Origin: Chloroflexota bacterium
Lineage (GTDB): Bacteria > Chloroflexota > Limnocylindria > Limnocylindrales > CSP1-4
Reading direction: 5' to 3'
NCBI GenBank assembly: GCA_029240655.1
Contig: JARDZW010000002.1
Coordinates: forward strand, 1 to 50,601
Length of the DNA stretch: 50,601 bases
Under the pieces are notes generated by a model. That model saw only the letters and a list, made by a program, of their open reading frames with translations, did not search any database and had not been told where the DNA came from. The position numbers were made by a program, and so were the translations under genes. Shown in pieces: positions 29,267-38,142 of this stretch (positions within the stretch are counted from its first letter, which is position 1; every line of letters starts with the position of its first letter).

Positions 29267-29279
29267 TGGTACTTACTTC

Positions 29280-31481
29280 CTAGGCGGCCGCACCGTTGCC
29301 TGCGTCGGCCCTGCCTGCGGCCGCCGCGTCGTGCCCTCCGCCGCGCTTGACCTTGTAGAGGGCGACATCGGCGGCAGCGATCAACTCGGTGCCCGTTCGG
29401 CCGTCGGCCGGGAAGGTGGCGACGCCGATGGACGCCGCGATCGGGACCGGCCCGCGCTGTTCCCCGACGAACGGCCGCTCGCGGAATGCGTCGAGGATGC
29501 GTTCGGCGGCGCGGCGCGCCTCATCCGCATCGGTGTCGGGCAGGATCAGGGCGAACTCATCGCCGCCGTACCGGGCGGCGATGTCGGAGAGGCGCAGGGT
29601 CGAACGGATCACCTCGGCGGCCCAGGTCAGGACCCGGTCGCCGAAGAGATGACCGAACGTATCGTTGACGAGCTTGAAGTCATCGAGGTCCAGCATCAGC
29701 ACACTCAGCGGACGCCGGCCGCGTTGCGAGCGGACGACTTCCTCGCCCATGCGCTCGTGCAGGAACCGGTGGTTGTAGAACCCGGTCAGCGGGTCCCGGT
29801 CGGCGAGCTTGCGCGCGTCCTCGTACAGGCGTGCATTCTCCAGCGCGATGGCTGCCTCGTTGGACATCGTCCGGGCGAGCTCGAGGCGCTGGGCGTCCCA
29901 GCGGATCTTGGTCTTCGAGAAGAGCTCGACGAGACCGATCGATTGGCCTTTCGCGACGAGCGGAAGCATCGCGAGGATCCGGTTCCCGTCGCGGACCATG
30001 AGCGTGACTTCGTCCCGATCGGCAGCCGGGTCGTCCGCGTCGACGATCACGGCCTCCTGGCGCTCGAGTACGCGAACCGTCTCCGGGTAGCCCGCGAGCA
30101 GGAAATATGGCTCGAGCGCCCCGTCTTCCGTCGGCGGATAGAACCCGAGCGACTCGAGCCGACCGCTCGGTCGGTCCCAGTAGCTGATGGCGCATTCGTC
30201 GACGCCCATGGCGCGGGCCAGATGTCCCGCCATGAGGTTGGCCACCTGCCGGGGGTCCAGGCTGCCGGACAGCTCGCTGCTCATCTCGAGGAGGCGGCGC
30301 AGCTCTCCGGCCAGCTCCTGGCTGCGTGTCAGGAGGCGGGCCGTCTCGGCGGCCGTCGCCGCGTGGTCGGCGAGGATCGTCAGCAGACGGAGGTCGTCGG
30401 CATCGAAGCCGTCGAGGCCGAGCTTGGACAGGGTGATGACCCCGACGGTCATGCCGTCGTAGCGCATCGGCACCACGAGCATCGATTCGTCGATCTCGTC
30501 GGTCCCGGTGATCGTCTGGCCGCGCGAATCGGCGTTCGCGTCGTTGATCAGCAGCGGCTCGCCGTGCTCGGCGACCCAGCCGGTGAACCCCTCGCCGATC
30601 CGGCAGCGAAGCAGGTCCATGTCGACGTGCTCGTAGGCGCCCACCCGGCCCTCGAAGGCGATCGGCACCACCTCGTCGGGCAGCTCCACGAGGTACACGC
30701 GGGCATTGTGGTAGTCGATGATCTTGCGGGTCTCCTCGACGATCGTCCGGCCCACAGCCTCCACGGACGACGCGCGATTCAGGCGACCCGACGCGGCCTG
30801 CAGCACGGCGAGCTGGGCCGCGCGGGCCTCGGTCTGCTCGAAGAGCTCGGCGTTCGAGAGCGCGATGCCCGCGTGCGTGGCCAGGGTGGTCAGGAACGCG
30901 ACGTCGCCATCGGTCCAGTCGCGCGGCTCGCGGGTGACGGCGGTGAGGGCCCCGATGACCCGGTCGTGGTGGATAAGCGGCGCGATAAGGTCGCCCGACA
31001 CCTCGATGCCCTCCGAACGCTCGGTGCCACCGGGGCGATCCTCGCGAGCGTCCGACCAGGCCGCGACCTGCCCGGTCCGCAGGACCTCCCCTACCCAACC
31101 CTCGTCGACGCGGAACACCGGCAGCGCCCGCGCCGCCTCGTCGGACAACCCGGCCCAGGCGGCGACGACCAGGCCGCTATCTTCGACGACGCGGATCGTC
31201 ACGTGATCGACCTGCAGCGCGCGAAGCGTCTCGTCGACGATCGTCCGGAACAGCTCCGTGCGATCGTGCGTGGCCGCCAGCCGTTCGGCGATGTTGAGGA
31301 TCGTGTCGAGCCGCTCGGCGAGCTGGGTCTCCGGGCTGTCGATCGCGTCTGCCGTCGCGGCATCGCCGAACGTGCCCGAGCCTCCGAGGAGGCGGCGATA
31401 CAGCGAGGGTCGGGTCGGCGCGAGACCGGGATCCGATCCGGGCTCGGGCGAGGGGTCGTGCGGGTGCTGGCGCGCGCTCAT
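29280..31481 (-). CDS. Multi-GAF GGDEF diguanylate cyclase
   Basis: 733 aa with three GAF-like modules. The C-terminal block is DPLTGFYNHRF...DLDDFKLVNDTFGHLFGD...RLSDIAARYGGDEF, a GGDEF with an RxxD I-site. Confidence 0.85.
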   Translation of the reverse strand: MSARQHPHDPSPEPGSDPGLAPTRPSLYRRLLGGSGTFGDAATADAIDSPETQLAERLDTILNIAERLAATHDRTELFRTIVDETLRALQVDHVTIRVVEDSGLVVAAWAGLSDEAARALPVFRVDEGWVGEVLRTGQVAAWSDAREDRPGGTERSEGIEVSGDLIAPLIHHDRVIGALTAVTREPRDWTDGDVAFLTTLATHAGIALSNAELFEQTEARAAQLAVLQAASGRLNRASSVEAVGRTIVEETRKIIDYHNARVYLVELPDEVVPIAFEGRVGAYEHVDMDLLRCRIGEGFTGWVAEHGEPLLINDANADSRGQTITGTDEIDESMLVVPMRYDGMTVGVITLSKLGLDGFDADDLRLLTILADHAATAAETARLLTRSQELAGELRRLLEMSSELSGSLDPRQVANLMAGHLARAMGVDECAISYWDRPSGRLESLGFYPPTEDGALEPYFLLAGYPETVRVLERQEAVIVDADDPAADRDEVTLMVRDGNRILAMLPLVAKGQSIGLVELFSKTKIRWDAQRLELARTMSNEAAIALENARLYEDARKLADRDPLTGFYNHRFLHERMGEEVVRSQRGRRPLSVLMLDLDDFKLVNDTFGHLFGDRVLTWAAEVIRSTLRLSDIAARYGGDEFALILPDTDADEARRAAERILDAFRERPFVGEQRGPVPIAASIGVATFPADGRTGTELIAAADVALYKVKRGGGHDAAAAGRADAGNGAAA

Positions 31482-31544
31482 GGCCGCTGCATCGTCCCAC
31501 CTGTCACCCCTCGTGCCGTCGGACCATCGGTACCTGCGTCGTAG

Positions 31545-31636
31545 GACGGAAGTACCACCGGGGCCCCCGCAGGGCCATCGTCAGCTCGCCCGCGGCCCCT
31601 CGTTTGCACGGTGGCGAAGTACCATGCCCCCCGGGG
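31545..31636 (+). repeat. Leader of the first polysaccharide gene carrying GACGGAAGTACCACCGGGG and GCGAAGTACCATGCCCCCCGGGG words shared with other intergenic regions
   Basis: 31545-31563 matches 2763-2782. 31614-31636 and the minus-strand reading of 29261-29280 (GGAAGTAAGTACCACCCCGG) share GAAGTA..GTACCA..CCCCGG. GTACCATG occurs both here and on the minus strand at 29241-29248. Confidence 0.35.
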
Positions 31637-31666
31637 AACGAACCAACACGCCAGGCGGGAGGTTGG

Positions 31667-33637
31667 ATGGGGTCGCAGATGCGCGGATCGAACGGTTCGT
31701 CCGCCCTCGGGCTCGGCCGCGGGCTGCACCGGACGGGCTGGCTGCTGTTCGTGCTCGATATCGTCGCCGCGTTCGCCGCTTCCATCATCGTGCTCTGCAT
31801 CCGCTTCGATACGCCGGACCTCGCGATCGCGGTCCTCCCCTACCTCCCGGCCGCGTTGCTGCCGTTCGCGGTCCGGCCGCTCGTCCACATCGCCTTCGGG
31901 CTGCATCGGCGCGAGTGGCGGTACGCCTCGGTCCGCGACCTGCTCGATCTCGTCAGGGCCGTCATGGTCGGTTCCGCCATCGTGGTGGTGGTCTTCCTCG
32001 TGCTCGACCGGCTCGATGCCCCGGGCACCAGCCCCTTCCCGCGTTCGTTCTTCCTGCTGGAGCCCCTGGTGTTCCTCGCACTCACGGCGGGCGCGCGGAT
32101 CCTCGTGCGGACGTCGCTGGAGCGCCGGGATGGGGTCGTGTCGGCCGGAGGCTCGACGCCCACCCTGGTCTACGGGGCCGGCAATGCGGGCGCGATCATC
32201 GCGCGGATGGCCACTGCCGGCGGCCTGCGCGGGATGCGGATCGTCGGGTTCATCGACGACGACAAGCAGAAGCACGGTTCACGGCTCCTCGGCCATCGCG
32301 TGTTCGGCGGGCTCGACGAGCTTCCGCACGCGGTCGAGCGGACGGGCGCGGCCCAGCTGCTCGTGGCGATCCCGTCCGGCGAATCGGGTCCCGTTCGTCG
32401 CGCGTTCGAGGCGGCCCAGGCCCTGGGGATGAGCGTCAAGATCGTCCCGCCGTTGCGCGACATGGTGACCGGCCACTACCAGGTGTCCGGCATCCGCGCC
32501 GTGAACGTCGAGGACCTCCTGCGTCGAGCACCGGTCGAGATCGACTTCGAGGCGGTCGCAACATCCATCAACGGGGCCTCCGTCGTCGTGACCGGCGGTG
32601 GTGGTTCGATCGGCAGCGAGCTCGTCCGCCAGATCCTCTCGCTCGGTCCACGGGTCCTGACGATCGTGGACCAGAACGAGTGGGCGTTGTGGAACGTCGA
32701 GCGCGACATCGCGACCCTTCGCCGCGAGGCGGACGGCGCCCATGTCGTTGCGGCGCTCGCCGACGTCCGCTCCCCCGCCGCCTTGAACGCCGTCCTGCGC
32801 GGGGCGCGGCCCGATGTCGTCTTCCACGCCGCCGCCCTCAAGCACGTTCCGTACGTCGAGTTCTATCCGGCCGAGGGCGTGCTGACCAACGTCATCGGGA
32901 CGCGCAATGTCCTGCGGGCGTGCGAACACCTCAACATCGGGCGGTTCATCCTCATCTCGACGGACAAGGCCGTCGAGCCAGTCAGCGTCATGGGCGCGAC
33001 GAAGCGCCTCGCCGAACAGCTGACGGTCGCGGCCGGCCACCGCACGGGCCACCCGTATGCTGCCGTCCGGTTCGGGAACGTCCTGGGCTCGAGCGGCAGC
33101 GTCGTCCCACTCCTCCAGCGCCAGCTCGACGATGGCCTGCCGCTGACGATCACGCAGCCCGACGCGACGCGCTACTTCATGACGATCGCGGAGGCGGTCA
33201 GCCTCATCCTCGAAGCGGGTACGGACCCGCTCGCCGGCGACGTGTACGTGCTCGACATGGGCGAGCCGATGCGGATCATGGACCTGGCTCGTGACCTCGT
33301 CCGGCTCAACGGCGTGGACCCCGATTCGGTGCAGTTCACGGTCACCGGGCTGCGGCCCGGAGAGCGGCTCCACGAGAAGCTGTTCTACGACGACGAGGTC
33401 GCCGAACGCACGCGGCATCCGGGGATCCTTCGCGCGGCGCGACCGGCATCCGCCTCCATCGAGAACCAGATCGAGGCGTTCGTGGACGAGCTCGCCGCCG
33501 CGGCGCGGGAGCACAACGACGGGGCCGTTCGCGAGCTGTTGCTCCGCAGCGCGTCACTCACCGGCATGTCGGACATGGCCACGATCTCCGTGCCGGACGA
33601 GGTCGTGGCGGTGGGTCCGGGACGCGCCTCCGACTAG
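31667..33637 (+). CDS. Membrane-bound polysaccharide biosynthesis protein CapD/WbpM/PglF-like (UDP-HexNAc 4,6-dehydratase family)
   Basis: ATG at 31667 with GGGAGG 5 nt upstream (the track's TTG at 31604 is less likely). It has four N-terminal TM helices, VYGAGNAGA, VVVTGGGGSIGSEL, ISTDKAV and MGATKRLAE. Confidence 0.85.
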   Translation: MGSQMRGSNGSSALGLGRGLHRTGWLLFVLDIVAAFAASIIVLCIRFDTPDLAIAVLPYLPAALLPFAVRPLVHIAFGLHRREWRYASVRDLLDLVRAVMVGSAIVVVVFLVLDRLDAPGTSPFPRSFFLLEPLVFLALTAGARILVRTSLERRDGVVSAGGSTPTLVYGAGNAGAIIARMATAGGLRGMRIVGFIDDDKQKHGSRLLGHRVFGGLDELPHAVERTGAAQLLVAIPSGESGPVRRAFEAAQALGMSVKIVPPLRDMVTGHYQVSGIRAVNVEDLLRRAPVEIDFEAVATSINGASVVVTGGGGSIGSELVRQILSLGPRVLTIVDQNEWALWNVERDIATLRREADGAHVVAALADVRSPAALNAVLRGARPDVVFHAAALKHVPYVEFYPAEGVLTNVIGTRNVLRACEHLNIGRFILISTDKAVEPVSVMGATKRLAEQLTVAAGHRTGHPYAAVRFGNVLGSSGSVVPLLQRQLDDGLPLTITQPDATRYFMTIAEAVSLILEAGTDPLAGDVYVLDMGEPMRIMDLARDLVRLNGVDPDSVQFTVTGLRPGERLHEKLFYDDEVAERTRHPGILRAARPASASIENQIEAFVDELAAAAREHNDGAVRELLLRSASLTGMSDMATISVPDEVVAVGPGRASD

Positions 33638-34635
33638 GCGGACCGCGCCTCGGTTCGGCCCACCCAGGCGGCGTAGGCAGCCGCGACCAGCACGACACCG
33701 GCGAGCATCGCGATCCGGGCCAGCGCCGACGTCGCCGGCCAAGCGAGGGCGAGGGCCCCGGTGACCGCCGTCGCGGCCGCGTAGCCCGCGGCCACCTCGC
33801 GATGGGAGCTGCCGGCAACCACCGCGCGCTGATAGAGGTGCTCGCGATGGCCCGCGAACAGGTCGCGTCCCGCTCGCGCTCGACGGACCAGCGTGAAGCC
33901 GGTATCGAACAGCAGCGGGCTCACGAGCAGCAGCACCGGCACGACGTCGACCACGCCGGCTTCCTGCTGCAGCAGCGCCGCCCCGAGGATCAGGCCGACG
34001 AACTGGCTCCCGCCATCGCCCATGAAGATGGACGCCGGCGCGTGGTTCCACACCAGGAATCCGGCGCAGGCCGCCGCGAATGGCACCATGATCGGCCAGG
34101 CGGCGGGCATCACGAGCCCAAGCGCCACGATCGCGGCGACCAGCGCGACGCTGCCGATGAGCCCATCGATGCCGTCCATGAAGTTGACCGCGTTGACCAG
34201 CGCCGTCAGGCCGATCGTCGTGATGACGAATGCGGGGACCCCGCCGATCGACCAGGAGCTGTCGCCGATCCCGACGGTGAGCGTCGGTTGCAGGACGCCC
34301 GCGACGACCGCGGCGGCCGCCAGTTGGGCAAGGTACTTGCCCAGAACGCTGGTGTGGCGAACGTCGTCGAGCAGGCCGACCGCGCCAAGGCCGAGTGCCG
34401 AGAGCACGATGATCGTGGCCTGCCCGTCCGTCCATCCCGCTGCGAATAGCCAGCCGACGACGGTGCCCGCGACGATGCCCAGCCCCCCGATCCGCGGGGT
34501 GGGGGTGTCGTGGGAGCTCCGGTCGTTGGGGATGTCGAGCAGGCTTCGCTGCCGCGCGAGTCGTTCGACCGCGCGAGTCACGATCGTGGCCGCGACGCCC
34601 GCGACGAGCAGGGCGATGAGCAGCTGCTCGGTCAC
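33634..34635 (-). CDS. Polyprenyl-phosphate HexNAc-1-phosphate transferase (MraY/WecA/WbpL family), initiating transferase
   Basis: The GTG at 34635 overlaps the upstream stop (GTGA). It shows DIPNDRSSHDTPTPRIGGLGIV, NFMDGIDGL and multiple TM helices. Its stop overlaps the convergent capD-like stop within CTAG at 33634-33637. Confidence 0.85.
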   Translation of the reverse strand: MTEQLLIALLVAGVAATIVTRAVERLARQRSLLDIPNDRSSHDTPTPRIGGLGIVAGTVVGWLFAAGWTDGQATIIVLSALGLGAVGLLDDVRHTSVLGKYLAQLAAAAVVAGVLQPTLTVGIGDSSWSIGGVPAFVITTIGLTALVNAVNFMDGIDGLIGSVALVAAIVALGLVMPAAWPIMVPFAAACAGFLVWNHAPASIFMGDGGSQFVGLILGAALLQQEAGVVDVVPVLLLVSPLLFDTGFTLVRRARAGRDLFAGHREHLYQRAVVAGSSHREVAAGYAAATAVTGALALAWPATSALARIAMLAGVVLVAAAYAAWVGRTEARSA

Positions 34636-35570
34636 CGCGGCCGCTCCCCGCGATGCCACGCGGCGATGCGCGCCATGGCCGCGTCCAGGGTGAACGGCGG
34701 CACGAAGCCCGTCGCCTCGCGGAAGGCCCGAGTCGAGTACGAGACGGAGCTCGTCAGTGTCTCGATGCGCACCGGATCGAGCAGCGGCGTCCGACCCACC
34801 GCCCGGCTCACGGCGGTCTCCGCGGCGCCCACGCCCTGAACCGCGAGCCTGGGGACCCTGAGCATCATCGGTTGGTCGCGTCCGAGGGCCTTCGCCAGCG
34901 TGACCAGAACGTCGCGCAGTCGGTACGAGCGATCGTCGCCGACGATGAAGGTCCGTCCCGCCGTCTCCGGCCGATCCAGTGCGAGGCCAACGGCCGCGAC
35001 CAGGTTGCCGACGTAGCTGAACGGGATCAGCGCGCTCCCACCGGCCGGGAGCGGCACGACGGGCAGACCGGCGATGCGGCACAGGACGGCGGCCAGGCCC
35101 CGCCCCTCCCCGAAGACCGATGTGGGTCGCAGGATCGTGACCGGAACGTCCTCCGCCGCCTCAACGACGGCATCCTCGGCGTCGCGTTTGCTCTGGCCGT
35201 ATGGCGTTCGCGGCCGTGCCAGGTCCTCTTCCCGCAGGTCTTCGCCTTCGCGGTGACCCATCGCCGCGACGCTGCTGAGGTGCACCAGCCGTGCCGCGCC
35301 GACGGACGAGGCCGCGGTCGCGAGCGTCCGGACGGCCTCGACGTTGTCCCGGCGGAAGCGCGCCAGCCCGGCCGCCGAGCCGTCGGTGGCCATCGCATAC
35401 CCGGAGGCGTTGACGATGATGTCGCCCGGCTGGAGGAATGAACGGAGACGGTCCCCGTCGATCAGATCGACCTCCGACCGCGCGGGCGCCACGACCTCGC
35501 GCCCGAGGCCGCCGACCAGGGCCGATCCGATGAACCCACGGCCTCCGAACAGCACCACGCGACCGGTCAT
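34632..35570 (-). CDS. NAD-dependent sugar epimerase/dehydratase (WbpK-like)
   Basis: The ATG at 35570 overlaps the upstream GT stop (ATGA). It shows VVLFGGRGFIGSAL (GxxGxxG) and YGQSKRDAE (YxxxK). Confidence 0.8.
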   Translation of the reverse strand: MTGRVVLFGGRGFIGSALVGGLGREVVAPARSEVDLIDGDRLRSFLQPGDIIVNASGYAMATDGSAAGLARFRRDNVEAVRTLATAASSVGAARLVHLSSVAAMGHREGEDLREEDLARPRTPYGQSKRDAEDAVVEAAEDVPVTILRPTSVFGEGRGLAAVLCRIAGLPVVPLPAGGSALIPFSYVGNLVAAVGLALDRPETAGRTFIVGDDRSYRLRDVLVTLAKALGRDQPMMLRVPRLAVQGVGAAETAVSRAVGRTPLLDPVRIETLTSSVSYSTRAFREATGFVPPFTLDAAMARIAAWHRGERPR

Positions 35571-36811
35571 CCGTTCGGGCCGACGAGCTCGCGGAGCGCC
35601 GTCTCGAGCTGAGCGCCAGTCACGGCGATGGTGTACCGGCGCCGGACGAGCTCCTGGCCGCGCAGGCCCATCAGCACCCGTTCGTCCGGCGGCAACGCGA
35701 GGAGGTTCGCGATGCCCTCGGCAAGGGACGGCCCGGAGCCCGGCTCGTAGCACCACCCCGCGTCCGCCTCGCTGACCGGCGTGTCGTCGAGCCGCGAGGC
35801 GAGCAGGACGGGACGTCCGGCCGCGAGGTAGTCGAACAGCTTGTTCGGGCTCAGGCCGTACCGATAGACGTCGGCGTCGGCGAACGCCACCAGCAGGAGG
35901 GTCGCCTGGGCCAGGGCGCCAGGCACCGCGGCCTTGTCGATCGGTGGATGGAAGTACAGCCGGGGGTGGCCGCGTTCGCTCGCCTCCCGGACCAGTTCGT
36001 CGTGCCGGCCGCCGTCGCCGATGAGGACCACCGCGAGGCGTTCGTACGTGGCGAGGTCGGTCGAGCGCAGGTGATCCAGTGCGTCGAGGACGACCTCGAG
36101 GCCGTTCGAGACGCCTTGCGCCCCGGCATACAGCAGGATCTCGCGCGAGCCGCAGGCGGCGAAGATCGCCTTGAGCGTGTCGGGGATGGGCGCGCTGACC
36201 GAGGCATCGAGCTGCGAGGCGTTGGGGACGTGGACGCAGCGCCTCGGATCGGTACCCATCTCGCGAACCCGCCGATCGGCGTGCGGGGGGACGATCACGA
36301 TCCGGTCGGCCAGGCGATAGCACAGGCGCTCGAGCAGCTCGAGCCCGCGGTGGCCGAGCCCGCCACGCCGGATCGCTCGCAGGTCCACCAGCGCCGACGG
36401 CCACAGGTCGCGGACCTCGAAGACCAGTGGCACCCGGTAGCGGCGGGCCAGGACGATGCCACTGATGCCCACGAGCAGGTGCGGTGAGGACGCCATGATC
36501 ACGTCGGGCCGCGGATGGAGCCGCAGACCCGACCAGATGGAGCGGAGGGTGAAGGACAGCATCGATCGCATCCGCTGGCGGTCGTTGGTGCGGTACGACC
36601 CGGTGTCGAGCCATCGGAACACCACGCCCGAATGGGTCTCGACGGCAGAGGCTCCCGCCGATCCGGAGTCCCGCGTGAGGTAGTTGAACCTCGCCGCGAT
36701 GACGGTGACGTGGTGCCCGCGCCGGACGAGCTCCGCCCCCAGGTCCCCGTGCCGGGTGATGCCCGACGCGCCGGCCGGCAGACCATACTGATTGACGATG
36801 ACGAGATGCAT
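35567..36811 (-). CDS. GT4-family (GT-B) glycosyltransferase, WbuB-like
   Basis: 414 aa with N-terminus MHLVIVNQYGLPAGASGITRHGDLGAELVRRGHHVTV. The C-terminal sugar-nucleotide segment is SPNKLFDYLAAGRPVLL. Confidence 0.85.
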   Translation of the reverse strand: MHLVIVNQYGLPAGASGITRHGDLGAELVRRGHHVTVIAARFNYLTRDSGSAGASAVETHSGVVFRWLDTGSYRTNDRQRMRSMLSFTLRSIWSGLRLHPRPDVIMASSPHLLVGISGIVLARRYRVPLVFEVRDLWPSALVDLRAIRRGGLGHRGLELLERLCYRLADRIVIVPPHADRRVREMGTDPRRCVHVPNASQLDASVSAPIPDTLKAIFAACGSREILLYAGAQGVSNGLEVVLDALDHLRSTDLATYERLAVVLIGDGGRHDELVREASERGHPRLYFHPPIDKAAVPGALAQATLLLVAFADADVYRYGLSPNKLFDYLAAGRPVLLASRLDDTPVSEADAGWCYEPGSGPSLAEGIANLLALPPDERVLMGLRGQELVRRRYTIAVTGAQLETALRELVGPNG

Positions 36812-36820
36812 CCGCGCCGG

Positions 36821-38101
36821 ATGGTAGCAAGGCTACGCGGGCCCGGGTTCGCTCGGAGCGTCCTCGTCCTGGCCGGCGGCGCGGCCGGCGCACAGCTCAT
36901 CAACACGCTCGTTGCCCCGTTCCTGACCCGCCTCTACAACCCGACCCAGGTCGGCCAGCTGGGGCTCTTCCTGGCCTTCGTCCAGGTCGCGATCATCGCC
37001 CTCTCGTTGCGCTACGAGCAGGCGATCGTGCTTCCGACGTCCGAGGCGGTGGCGGGACGGCTCGCTGCGCTCGCCCTGGCGCTCGTACCCATCACCACGC
37101 TCGTCGCCGCCGGGATCCTCGCCGCGCTGATCGCGCTCGGGATCGCTGGGTACGGCACGCTGCCGATGGTGGCCGTGCCGCTCGCCGTGATCGGCCTGGC
37201 GGGATACGGCGTGGTGGGGGTGCTGCGCTACTGGCTCATCCGACACGACGACTACCGGACCGTCTCGCAGGTGGCGATCGTGCAGAGCATCGTGCGGGCC
37301 GCCAGCCAGGTCGTCCTCGGTCTGCTCAATGTCGGTGTCGTCGGCCTCCTTGTCTCCGACGTGCTCGGCCGTGTCCTGGGCCTCGGCAGCGTCATCCGCA
37401 GGGCGTGGGGGACGCTCTCCGCGGCGCACGGTGGGGCGACGGTCGGGACGAGGGTCGTCGCGAGGGAGTACTGGCGATTTCCGGTCTTCGGCGCGCCATC
37501 ATCGTTGCTGAACGCCGCGGCGGCAGCCCTCCCGGTCCCGCTCCTGGCCGGCGCGTACGGCCTGCCGATCGCGGGTCAGTTCGCGCTCGTGCAACGCGTG
37601 CTCGGGCTGCCGCTCAGTGTCGTCGGGACGAGCGTGGGTGACGCGATGCTCGGACGGATGTCCGAACAGGCCCGCTCCGATCCGGCGGCCGCCCTGCCGC
37701 TCTTTCGACGACTCGCAGTCGTGCTGGCCGCGATCGGGGTACCGGGCGCGGTCCTGCTGGCGCTGATCGGCCCGGACCTCTTCGCCTTCGTCTTCGGGGA
37801 GCCATGGCGCGACGCGGGAACGGTGGCCGCGCTGATGGCCCCGTGGCTCGTGGCGGCGATGATCGTGAGCCCGCTCAGCCGGGTCGCCCTCGTGTACCAG
37901 GGCCAGGGACAGAAGCTCATCTACGACCTGCTGAGCCTTGGCGCGGTGGCGGGGAGCATCCTTGGCGGGAGCGCCGCAGGCCTCGATGCCTTCGAGACGA
38001 TCCGGCTCCTGGCCTGGCTCCAGGCCCTCGCCTATGCCGTCTACTTCGTGGTCCTCTATCGCCTGGTCGTCGCGGGATCGGCGCGCCTGCCACGGGTGTA
38101 G
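36821..38101 (+). CDS. Wzx-type (MOP superfamily) polysaccharide flippase, copy 1
   Basis: About 12 TM helices. The N-terminus MVARLRGPGFARSVLVLAGGAAGAQLINTLVAPFLTRLYNPTQVGQLGLF is typical of this family. The upstream part of the track ORF (36515-36820) is antisense to the GT gene. Alternative ATG at 36806. Confidence 0.75.
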   Translation: MVARLRGPGFARSVLVLAGGAAGAQLINTLVAPFLTRLYNPTQVGQLGLFLAFVQVAIIALSLRYEQAIVLPTSEAVAGRLAALALALVPITTLVAAGILAALIALGIAGYGTLPMVAVPLAVIGLAGYGVVGVLRYWLIRHDDYRTVSQVAIVQSIVRAASQVVLGLLNVGVVGLLVSDVLGRVLGLGSVIRRAWGTLSAAHGGATVGTRVVAREYWRFPVFGAPSSLLNAAAAALPVPLLAGAYGLPIAGQFALVQRVLGLPLSVVGTSVGDAMLGRMSEQARSDPAAALPLFRRLAVVLAAIGVPGAVLLALIGPDLFAFVFGEPWRDAGTVAALMAPWLVAAMIVSPLSRVALVYQGQGQKLIYDLLSLGAVAGSILGGSAAGLDAFETIRLLAWLQALAYAVYFVVLYRLVVAGSARLPRV

Positions 38102-38142
38102 CGCAGCGCCGACCGGACGCCCGACGCTAAACTGCGCGGGAC

